A stretch of 64,000 nt of DNA from Terriglobia bacterium. Its GTDB lineage: Bacteria; Acidobacteriota; Polarisedimenticolia; Polarisedimenticolales; CAVOVZ01. Under the pieces are notes generated by a model. It was not told the DNA's origin and did not search any database. It was given only the letters and a program-made list of their open reading frames with translations. The translations under genes and the position numbers were made by a program. The stretch lies in assembly GCA_963699985.1 (NCBI GenBank), contig CAVOVZ010000013.1, forward strand, positions 119,799 through 183,798, written 5' to 3'. Below are positions 37,101 through 44,385 of the stretch, one piece after another; within the stretch, counting starts at the first letter, position 1, and each line of letters starts with the position of its first letter.

Positions 37101-38974
37101 CCGTCGGCAGGAGAGACCAGGGGCGGCCCGAACGGGATATTGTCCGGCGGTGTGGCCGAGATCCATCCCACCGCGCTCGCGGACGCGCCGGAGGCCTGGC
37201 CGTTGCAGTTGAGGGCCTGCACCGTGTAGGTGAACTGGCCGCAGCCTGGGGAGAGGTCGTCGTACGATGCCGACACCGGGTTCGCAATCTGGACGCCGTT
37301 CCGGAGAAGTCGGTACGAGGAAGCCCCGGCGACTGCCGTCCAGGAGAGCCGGACCCTGTCGGCGAACGTGCCCTGCGAGGCGAGCAGACTGGTCGGTGTA
37401 TCGAGGGCGCAGAACTGGATCATGGGGATGATCGCCCCTTGCGCCGGATCGGTCCCGCGGTTGGCGTTCGTCCCGTACAGGCTCAGCTGCCCGTCCGCCG
37501 TCACGTAGGTTCCTCCCGCGGCGGCGAAGCTATAGAAGCTGTCCTGCGGCAGGTTGATCGTCCCGACCCGGGTCACGAGAAGCGAGCCCATCCAGTTTCC
37601 CGCGGCCCGCGGTTGGACGAGATAGAGGCGTGCCCGGTTCGTGCCCTCGGGGACCGTCTGCGTCACCCAGGTCACGATCATGTAGAGTCCCTCGCTGCCG
37701 CACTGCTGAACGAGGTTCACGTTCTGGATCTGACCGAAGCCGACCGGCGTGCTGCAGCTCGGGAAATCCTCCGGGTAGTTGTAGGTCGAGTACGCGTAGG
37801 TTTTCGTGAACGTCGGGTTCCCGACGATCGGCGTGCCGTCGGAGACGTAGAACTGGATCTCCGCCGGACAGTCGCTCTGCACCGCGACGACGTACCGGCC
37901 GTCCTGAAGCTTGGCGACACCTGCGGCCCCCGCCTTCGTGTACTCCGGGCGGAGGATCTGGGCCGACTGGAGCGCGGGCGCAGCCGGGTCGCTCAGGTCG
38001 AAGAACGCCACGCGAGAGCGCGGCCAGACGGTGCTGCTCGGGGCCTCGAGCGGGATGGCGGCGAAGTCCCCGAACACGCTGAGCGCTCCGGCATGCTTGT
38101 AATTGTGGAGCGGGTCGATGATGAAGTGACTCGGGAAGTTGACGATGCCGTTGTCGGGCGCCGGCGGGTAGTTGGGCGTCCAGCATCCGGTGTTGATCTG
38201 CATTTCCGGCAGCCGGGCAAGGAAGAGATGCGAGTCGCCCTGTCCCGTCCCGGTCATGGCCACGTACGGGTCGTTCTTCAGTCGCGCCACCCCTTCGATG
38301 TGGTTCGTGGTCGGGAAGTCGTTCCAGTACTCCCCGTTCGGCATGTTCGACGCACGAACGTAGAGGTGGTCCGAGCTCGGCCCCAGTCCGAAGAAGGAGC
38401 ATTCGACGTCGGGAACGCACGCGTTGTAGTCGGTCCGATCCACGTTGTGCACGGACACGACCTTGCGTTTGCCGTTGAAATGAGGATCGGCCGAGATCGC
38501 GTCCAGGATCACGCTGTAGGGCGCGTCGGAGCGAGACACGTGGTCGTCCTTCCCCTGGATCTCGAGGGTTAGCGACGTGACGTCTCCGGGGTAGAACCAG
38601 AGCGTCACGCTGTTCTTGAAGAAGTCGTCGTAGGGGCCGCGTACCCACCCTTTCGTCGTGTCGTCGACGGTGACCCGAACCTGCACCACCTGCGTGACGC
38701 AGGGGGCGTACGAGCACCCCAGACTCACCGTCGTCGTGGTCGTCAGGCCCATCTTGTCGGTGAACAGACCGCTCGACGGCTCGGCGCAGAGGTCGGTGCA
38801 CACGGCCTCGGGGTACTCCGGCTCCTCGAGGAGGATCGCCCCGTCGCCTGGGCTCTCCTCGACCGGGAATTGCCGCGGCATCGCACCGGCAGGCTCCAGC
38901 GCCGACAGCAAGCCGCAGAGCGTGATGCCCAGGACTCGGCCAGACCAGCTTCGGATTCCCGCGGAGTTCCTCAT
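34154..38974 (-). CDS. giant secreted multidomain protein B: unknown roughly 500-aa head, two FN3, RCC1 propeller, second propeller-like repeat domain, FN3 (paralogue of protein A)
   Basis: - Start: ATG 38974 follows an AAGGAG RBS, and the signal peptide is VLGITLCGLLSALEPAGA.
- Head: I could not assign the N-terminal domain.
- FN3: the motifs are SWTAVAGASSYRLL and LDWDGV...YYWHVRA.
- RCC1: seven repeats span about nt 35830-36830.
- C-terminal repeats: they follow IAYFDRTHGVLKFA...W.TETVD.
- End: the protein finishes ...CSGSLEFTCP. Confidence 0.85.
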   Translation of the reverse strand: MRNSAGIRSWSGRVLGITLCGLLSALEPAGAMPRQFPVEESPGDGAILLEEPEYPEAVCTDLCAEPSSGLFTDKMGLTTTTTVSLGCSYAPCVTQVVQVRVTVDDTTKGWVRGPYDDFFKNSVTLWFYPGDVTSLTLEIQGKDDHVSRSDAPYSVILDAISADPHFNGKRKVVSVHNVDRTDYNACVPDVECSFFGLGPSSDHLYVRASNMPNGEYWNDFPTTNHIEGVARLKNDPYVAMTGTGQGDSHLFLARLPEMQINTGCWTPNYPPAPDNGIVNFPSHFIIDPLHNYKHAGALSVFGDFAAIPLEAPSSTVWPRSRVAFFDLSDPAAPALQSAQILRPEYTKAGAAGVAKLQDGRYVVAVQSDCPAEIQFYVSDGTPIVGNPTFTKTYAYSTYNYPEDFPSCSTPVGFGQIQNVNLVQQCGSEGLYMIVTWVTQTVPEGTNRARLYLVQPRAAGNWMGSLLVTRVGTINLPQDSFYSFAAAGGTYVTADGQLSLYGTNANRGTDPAQGAIIPMIQFCALDTPTSLLASQGTFADRVRLSWTAVAGASSYRLLRNGVQIANPVSASYDDLSPGCGQFTYTVQALNCNGQASGASASAVGWISATPPDNIPFGPPLVSPADGARVTPPVVALDWDGVCLAQTYSLEVATSPSFAPGTIVYAADGYPSTQTFGWAPIALGAQYYWHVRAVTAQGVLGNWSVTRSFHTLVPTVPVDLEAGYGHSVSVHADGTVWAWGMNTMGQLADGTTTNRNAPVRAGSLTNVVAVAAGIFHTAALRQDGTVWTWGGNTDGQLGDGTTTPRSVPAAVSGLTGIVALASGANFTLALENDGTVWSWGDNSVGQLGDGTTVDRPTAVRVTGLSEVASIGAGYLHAAAIKSDGSVWTWGSNVMGQLGNGGQTNRSVAGVVPGLAGAVRVSGGGYFTLALLQDGTVRAWGHNYHGQLGDGTDTTRTTPVPVAQLSGVTSVAAGAAFSLAVRSDGTVWSWGQNVAGQLGDGTTTNRSTPAQVAGLSGVTSVAAGEDHSLARKSNGQIFGWGSNAYGQVGSGPSPQRTPVFVSDQSTTPPLGLMYPTGGEQWQPGTPQLVRWTGAGPINVQMSHDGGTTWSTVASSTSLQDVPIQVPSGWTTARGHVRIVRVGSPPSTAQTGSYLRIFAAQQHPWLATTVDGSPGVAGELASMALDPWGRASIAYFDRTHGVLKFARRHTSPDGTMEWWTETVDGAVTSGWFPSLVFGSDGNAHISYVDGTRLEVRYARRVGHGWQTEDVTGVGCTLKTSLALDSQGQPFIALADCNSTRVRLLAKAPSWVEVQAVDGASPSLRIHDDHPSISFFLHNTNPTELHYLRSSGPYGYWTWTNEAIPNTAGADVSSLAIDSAGTPRISFYSTTTRSLRMAKKTGGVWSVETVDASTGDNGAGNSIALDSLGRPRISYLANGLPKVAEWDGSAWRFDVADGAVEATSTTSLAADDAGNLRIAYFDAANGNPKYAISQPDVAAPATPTLIGAAGKTTAVLTWSGTGDDGASGIPWNAEVRISGQPIDELSFPYATVIQSNVSPESPDGCASAASLNPCSPYYFAIRVVDDVGNDAPLATSMVVTRCSGSLEFTCP

Positions 38975-39113
38975 CGCTGCTCCTTTCTTCTGCCGGCGGG
39001 ACTCGAGAACGAGGGCGCCCGAGCCCCCCGCCGACACCTGTCCCTCACGTAGATAGATGGAACGGACAGGAATCGAGGAGCCGCTGAAGAAACCGCTCCG
39101 GAAGGAAGGCAGG

Positions 39114-42100
39114 TCAGCGACCCGCCCCGTAGACGGTCAGTCCCGCCCAGTAGAATGGGTGGTCGAGAGCTCGGCCGTCCGCGCCGCGAACCTCTCCGCG
39201 CAGCATCGCGCGCTGGAGCCGTCCCAGCGCCGCCGCCGGCCGCAGGTCCGGAGAGAGCTTCCGGTAGAGCTCGGGAAGCACGTCCGCCGACGTGGCATCG
39301 TCCATCTCCCACAGGGATGCGACCACGGAGCTCGCACCCGCCTTCAGAAAGGCGCGGACGAGCCCCTCCCGCTCGTCGCCCGGGGCGTCCCCGCCGGTCA
39401 GGCCGACATCGGCCCCCGTGTCGCAGCCGCTGAGGACCACCAGCCTTGCCGCGATCGGGCGCGCAGCGATCTCCTCGGCGGTGAGTCCGCCATCCGTGCC
39501 GCCGTCGGAGGCCAGCTCGATCCGGGAACGTGATGGGGTCAAGCGATCGGTTCGCCCGTGAGCCGCCAGGTGGATCCACTCGCTCGAGGGTGCGCGCGCC
39601 CGGTAGGCAGTCTCCGTCGCCTCCGCGCCGGTGCGGGTCCACGCGGCGCCCGGCACGAGCGCGGCCACGCGGAGGACTTCGGCCGCGGCGCCGGGAAGCC
39701 GGGTGCCCCTGCCGCCGATGTCCGGGTCGCCGAGAGCCACCATCCCGCGCGCGGACGATCCCGCGCGGCGTCGAGAGAAGAGCGCCTCGGCCGCGGGCAG
39801 GAGGGAGACGTTCCGTCCCTCGATCATCGGCCGCCCGTCGAACCGGAGGGCCGGGAAGGGGACGGAGTGGAGCCACTCGTTGGCGACCACCAGCACCTCG
39901 TCGGCGTTCGCGAGATCCGTGGCCAGGGGATCCAGAAGAGCAGCACCGAGGCGAGTCATCGCCTGGCGCCACGCGGCGGTCACCGGAGCGTCGGCGGGGT
40001 CGGGCCGACCGGGGTACCGGGCCAGGTCGGCGATTTCCCGAACGACGGCAGGGGGGGCGGTCAATCGCCGTGCCTTCAATCCGTCGCGTCTGGCGACGAA
40101 CGCCACGACGCGGTCGTTCAGAACGAAGTAGTCGACCAGGACCTCTCGATCGCGAAGAACCGCGCGGAGCTGAGACGAGGGGACGACGGGGAGCGACCAC
40201 GGCGGGATGGGCTCCCCGCCCCGCGTGCCGGCGTCGTCTTCGAAGGAGGGGGGGACGAGCTTCTGCGCGAAGTCCCGTGCCTTGCCGAGCCTCGCGACGC
40301 GGTACGCGTTCTCGACCTCGCCGTTGTCCAGGTAGAGACGGACCAGTTCCCGATACGGCTCGATCCGGTCGTCCAGAATCGCGGCCCGCCAGGGCGGACG
40401 CCGCACGCCGCTGCGGGCCCGCTCGACCTCGGCCACGGCGCGCTCGCAACGTCGGATCGCACCTGCGCGGTCGCCCTCGAGAGCCGACAGACGCGCGCTC
40501 AGGAATTGGTACCGCCATTCGTTGCTCGCGCCCCGCTTCGTCGGACCCAGGGGAGCGAGCCGATCCAGCAGGCCCCTCGCCGCGGGCAGGTTGCCGGAGA
40601 GGAGATGGGCATGGGCCGCGAGGAGCTCGCACTCCGTCCACCCGGCGGGGTTCCTTTGCTCGTGGTAGAGCGTCGCGGCCACTTCGAGTCTCGACACGGC
40701 TGCCTCCGCCCCGGCGGCTCCCACTCGCAGGTCGAGATTCGCCAGGTCGATCAGGCTCGTGGCCCGGTCCACCGCCTGCCCGGTCTCGGTGGAGCACCGG
40801 AGCGCTTCCTCCAGCGCCTTCCGAGCTTCCTCGCGGTCTCCCGAGCGCTCTCGGACGAAACCCAGGCTGCGAAGCACCCGGCAACGTCCCAGCTCGCTCT
40901 TCGTCTTCCCGAGGAGCGACGAGGCGGACTCGAGCTCCGCGAGAGCCTCGGGGAAGTCTCCCAGAAGGGCGAGGTTCGCTCCCAGGTAGTAGCGCCGCCA
41001 CGCCAGCAGGGACAGATCGGATGACTGCGTCGCCGCCTCGACGGCCGCGCGCAGATCGACCATTGCGTCGTCGTAGCGGCCGAGATCGAACAGCGCGGAC
41101 GCGCGGCACTCGAGAATGATGCTGAGCAGACCGAGACCTCCGGAGGCCCGGACCGAAGAAACCTCCGCATCGAGGATTGGAATCGCCGCTTCCGCATTCC
41201 CCTCTTCCACGAGCGTCATGGTCCGGATGCATGCGACCGTTGCCTGGAGGTCGGCCGACTCCGCGCTCGCCGCGAGCTTCCGCGCGCGTTCCAGCCACCT
41301 GTGCCCTTCTTCCGTGCGGCCCAGCTCGCGCAGGACCAGCGACAAGGACGCGGACGCGTCTGCCTCCGTGGAAGCGACTCCGGCCCGCCGGGCGATCTCC
41401 GCCGCGCGGCGACACTCGGCGACGGCACCGGCCGGATTGCCGCGATCACGATGGAGCCGACACAGGTTGAGCCGCTCGAGCGCCTCGGTCTCCGCGTCGC
41501 CGCTTTCTCGTGCGATCGCCGTCGCCTGCTGGTGGAGGGACAACTCTGCGTCGGAATCCCCCTGGGCTCCCACGATCACCGCGAGGGTCCCGAGGGATCT
41601 CCCCTCCTCCGCCCGGTCTCCCAGCTCTCGGGTCAGCACCAGGGACCGCTCGATGGCGGATCTCGCGGAGTCGAGATCCCCGACCGCGCGATAGGCGACC
41701 CCCAGGTTGTTCTCGACCACCGAGAGGAGTCGAAGATCCCCGACGCGCTCCACGACGTCCCGGGCCTCTCGCAGCGCGCCGATCGCCTTCTCGCCACCGA
41801 AGATGTTGACCTTCACGCCGGCAATGGCGTTCGTGCACCAGGCCACCTCGCGCTCGTCACCGATCCTCTCGAACGTGGCGAGGGCCGATTCGAATTTCTC
41901 GAGGGCGCTCTCGGGGCGCGCGTCGCTGTAGTCCTCCTTCGCCGCCTTCTTCCGCTGGACGGCCTCGGCCCGCTCCGCGCGCTCCTCGGGGGTCCACGCC
42001 CGGAAGACCGCGATCCGGCCCGCGGGCCGCCGGTCGCCGAAGACGTCCGCGTACGCCGCTGCCAGGGACTCGGCAAGACGCAGCGAGGTCGCGTCGCCGA

Positions 42101-42350
42101 GCGCCCCCAGGCGGTGCATGGCCTCGTAGGCGGCGGCGCGATCGGCGCGCACCAGGGCGTGGATCGTCCGCGCGCCTTCCTTCGGCGGGGCGCGTCGGAG
42201 CCGCTCGATCAGGTCGTCCGCCTGCTTCTCTCCCGCAAGGCAGGGAAGGACCAGGAGCGCCGCCGACACCGAGGCTGCGAGCAAACCGGCGAACGATGCG
42301 AGACTCAGGCGCGTTGCCGTGGTGCCGACGCGTTCGAACGCTCCGTTCAT
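39114..42350 (-). CDS. exported TPR-repeat CHAT-domain (caspase-like) protease
   Basis: ATG 42350 overlaps the anti-sigma stop (ATGA). The N-terminal hydrophobic segment is LSLASFAGLLAASVSAALLVLPCLAG. About 600 aa of TPR-like helical repeats follow. The C-terminal CHAT domain has WIHLAAHG (His) and LVVLSGCDTG (Cys). The 477 upstream codons of ORF 39114..43781 are rejected. Confidence 0.9.
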   Translation of the reverse strand: MNGAFERVGTTATRLSLASFAGLLAASVSAALLVLPCLAGEKQADDLIERLRRAPPKEGARTIHALVRADRAAAYEAMHRLGALGDATSLRLAESLAAAYADVFGDRRPAGRIAVFRAWTPEERAERAEAVQRKKAAKEDYSDARPESALEKFESALATFERIGDEREVAWCTNAIAGVKVNIFGGEKAIGALREARDVVERVGDLRLLSVVENNLGVAYRAVGDLDSARSAIERSLVLTRELGDRAEEGRSLGTLAVIVGAQGDSDAELSLHQQATAIARESGDAETEALERLNLCRLHRDRGNPAGAVAECRRAAEIARRAGVASTEADASASLSLVLRELGRTEEGHRWLERARKLAASAESADLQATVACIRTMTLVEEGNAEAAIPILDAEVSSVRASGGLGLLSIILECRASALFDLGRYDDAMVDLRAAVEAATQSSDLSLLAWRRYYLGANLALLGDFPEALAELESASSLLGKTKSELGRCRVLRSLGFVRERSGDREEARKALEEALRCSTETGQAVDRATSLIDLANLDLRVGAAGAEAAVSRLEVAATLYHEQRNPAGWTECELLAAHAHLLSGNLPAARGLLDRLAPLGPTKRGASNEWRYQFLSARLSALEGDRAGAIRRCERAVAEVERARSGVRRPPWRAAILDDRIEPYRELVRLYLDNGEVENAYRVARLGKARDFAQKLVPPSFEDDAGTRGGEPIPPWSLPVVPSSQLRAVLRDREVLVDYFVLNDRVVAFVARRDGLKARRLTAPPAVVREIADLARYPGRPDPADAPVTAAWRQAMTRLGAALLDPLATDLANADEVLVVANEWLHSVPFPALRFDGRPMIEGRNVSLLPAAEALFSRRRAGSSARGMVALGDPDIGGRGTRLPGAAAEVLRVAALVPGAAWTRTGAEATETAYRARAPSSEWIHLAAHGRTDRLTPSRSRIELASDGGTDGGLTAEEIAARPIAARLVVLSGCDTGADVGLTGGDAPGDEREGLVRAFLKAGASSVVASLWEMDDATSADVLPELYRKLSPDLRPAAALGRLQRAMLRGEVRGADGRALDHPFYWAGLTVYGAGR

Positions 42351-42979
42351 CGGATCTCGAAGGCGATCAGGCGAGTCTCCGCGACGGATCGGTCTCCCCG
42401 CATCGCGCGCACCCTCCAGAGAAGAGCTGCCGGTCGTCGCGCTCCGGGCGGCACCGGCCAGACCGCCTCGGTGATGGGAGGACGCGCCTCGAGCGTCGCG
42501 AGCGTGGACCCATCCGGGCTGACCAACGTCACGAGATACCGATCGGCGTCGGGACGAGGAGTCCAGCGGAACGCGATCTCGTTCTCCCGAGCCACGGTCC
42601 CGGCCGCGGGTGCGAGGGACACCATGCCGTCTCCCGCGCCCGCACGGTATTGCGTCTCGGAAGCCGGGACTGCGCCCTGGCGTACTCCATGAAGGCCGGC
42701 GATCAGGGCGGCCACCAGGACGGCTGCCGCGGCCCCCCCCAGGACGACTCGCGTCGATGGAACCCTGCGCGATGCCGCTTGCGCCTTGCCCATGGCGAGC
42801 AGCTCCGGTGGAACCGGCTCGCCGGCGTCCGTCATGCGAAGCTCCGTCACTCCCGCCCGGCAGTCCGCGCATCGGGCCAGATGCCGCTCGAACTCTCCTG
42901 CGGCCTCGTCGCCCAGCGTGCCGTCGAGGTACGCCGCGGTGGTCAGCTCGTCGGGATGGCGTGCGGGGCCGGATCTCAC
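42347..42979 (-). CDS. anti-sigma factor (zf-HC2), single-pass membrane protein with an extracytoplasmic domain
   Basis: GTG 42979 overlaps the sigma-factor stop (GTGA). AAYLDGTLGDEAAGEFERHLARCADCRAGV contains Hx3Cx2C. The TM segment is VVLGGAAAAVLVAALIAGL, followed by a roughly 120-aa C-terminal beta-rich domain. Confidence 0.8.
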   Translation of the reverse strand: MRSGPARHPDELTTAAYLDGTLGDEAAGEFERHLARCADCRAGVTELRMTDAGEPVPPELLAMGKAQAASRRVPSTRVVLGGAAAAVLVAALIAGLHGVRQGAVPASETQYRAGAGDGMVSLAPAAGTVARENEIAFRWTPRPDADRYLVTLVSPDGSTLATLEARPPITEAVWPVPPGARRPAALLWRVRAMRGDRSVAETRLIAFEIR

Positions 42980-43908
42980 GTCTGCGCCTCCCAGGACGAC
43001 CAGCCCGCTCCGAACGCTCCCTCCAGGTCGTCTCGTGTGATCCGTGCCTCGCCGAGGGCGGAGCGGATCGCGGCCAGCGCGTCGCGCGTCGTGCGCTCGA
43101 TCTCCGCCCCGGACACCCCGATCGCCTTCGCCGCGGTCCCGACGTCGAGGCCGTCCCGAAACCGGACGGCCAGGACGAGCTGCTGCCGGGGGGCCAGCCC
43201 GGCGACGGCTCGTGCGAATGCCCGCTCGGCCTGTCGCTCCTCCAGGCTCCGCTCGGGGTCCCGCCCCGAGGCCGCGAGCGCGAACGTCCGGGAAGTCTGC
43301 TCGGCGACGACGCTGACGCAATCGATGGGGATCGTCGGCTGGCGCCACGTCCACCGCGACAGCAGCCGCCAGCGCTGGCTCGGAGACAGGGAGCGCTCGA
43401 CCCGCGCCACGCGCTCGGCGAGCTCCTGCGGCTCCAACCGCACACCGTGGCGCCTCTCCAGCCGCTCGCGGACCTCGTCGAGCGGTCTCCCGTCTCGAAA
43501 GCGGTAGGCGACGATCCGGCGATCGATCGCGTCCAGCCTCGCCATGCTCGAGAAGGCCCGGTAGCGGCCGCGTCGCGCGCGCTCGTGGTCGAGGACGAGA
43601 TTGCGGACGACCACGGCAAGGTACGTGGAGAACCTGCACGGGGCCTCCGGTCGATACCGGTAGCGCCGCACGCGGCGCATCCCGTCGCTGCGCAGGGCGG
43701 CGCAGACGAAGAGGAAAAGGTCCATCCGCTCGTCGTACGTCCGAGCGAACGGGCGGATGGCGGCGAGAATCGTCGCCGCATGCTCGTCGAGGAAGGCGTC
43801 CCACGTGAGGTCGCCGGCGGGACGGTGCGCCCCGGAGTCCACGACGGCGCCTTCGTCGATCGGACCCCCGCCCCTGAACTGGAGGATCGAGCCTCTGAAC
43901 GCGGACAT
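42976..43908 (-). CDS. sigma-70 family (ECF-like) RNA polymerase sigma factor with an extra region-4-like insert
   Basis: Region 2 reads DLFLFVCAALRSD...FSTYLAVVVRNLVLDHERAR. Region 4 reads LAPRQQLVLAVRFRDGLDVGTAAKAIGVSGAEIERTTRDALAAIRSAL. A second similar segment reads LDAIDRRIVAYRFRDGRPLDEVRERLERRHGVRLEPQELAERVARVERSL. The start is uncertain (ATG 43908 or TTG 43944). Confidence 0.8.
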   Translation of the reverse strand: MSAFRGSILQFRGGGPIDEGAVVDSGAHRPAGDLTWDAFLDEHAATILAAIRPFARTYDERMDLFLFVCAALRSDGMRRVRRYRYRPEAPCRFSTYLAVVVRNLVLDHERARRGRYRAFSSMARLDAIDRRIVAYRFRDGRPLDEVRERLERRHGVRLEPQELAERVARVERSLSPSQRWRLLSRWTWRQPTIPIDCVSVVAEQTSRTFALAASGRDPERSLEERQAERAFARAVAGLAPRQQLVLAVRFRDGLDVGTAAKAIGVSGAEIERTTRDALAAIRSALGEARITRDDLEGAFGAGWSSWEAQT

Positions 43909-44385
43909 CGGGCAACATATACCCCATGAGGGGACGAGCGACAACGCGCGGGGAGGCTTGCGCCGCTGTCCGGCGCTCCGCAGATGCGCTGCGAGTCGGC
44001 CGCCGCCCTGTTAGGAGGATCCTCCGGAGCCCGGAGGGGTCTGAATCGGCCCCGGGCCTTGAAGTCGCACGGGGCGCGAAATCGAGGCGACGCGCTGCGC
44101 AGCGAACGGGAACCGTTATCTCGCGCGCGGGCCGGACCGACCCCTGGCGCCCGGAGAAAAGAGGTTGACCGGAGCAGGTGTGTCCGTGCAAGATCGCGCC
44201 GATTCGCGGGAACGGGAGGTTCTCGTGGGCGGTTCTCGTCGACTTTGGCGTGGGCTTGGCGACCTACCGATCAGAGGCTGCGGCGACGACATCGCCGATC
44301 CACCGTCTCAGTGGCCATGGACGAATGCCCGGCGCGTCGCGCAGGGGAAACGCAGGACCATTCGATTCCGATCCAGGGAGGGGCT

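Noticed and set aside
42351-43781. The N-terminal 477 codons of the 1555-aa ORF 39114..43781, which would make one huge CHAT protein.
   Set aside because: That part is Ser/Arg/Gly-rich nonsense. The same DNA encodes a coherent sigma factor and an anti-sigma factor in other frames, with overlapping stop and start codons. The CHAT gene starts at ATG 42350.
44246-44260. A sigma-54-type promoter, TGGCGTGGGCTTGGC, 126 nt upstream of the hydrogenase small-subunit gene.
   Set aside because: The GG and GC dinucleotides have the right spacing, but the -12 element is TGGC rather than TTGC. Such matches are frequent in GC-rich DNA. No enhancer-binding protein or upstream activator site is evident, so this is kept only as a weak possibility.
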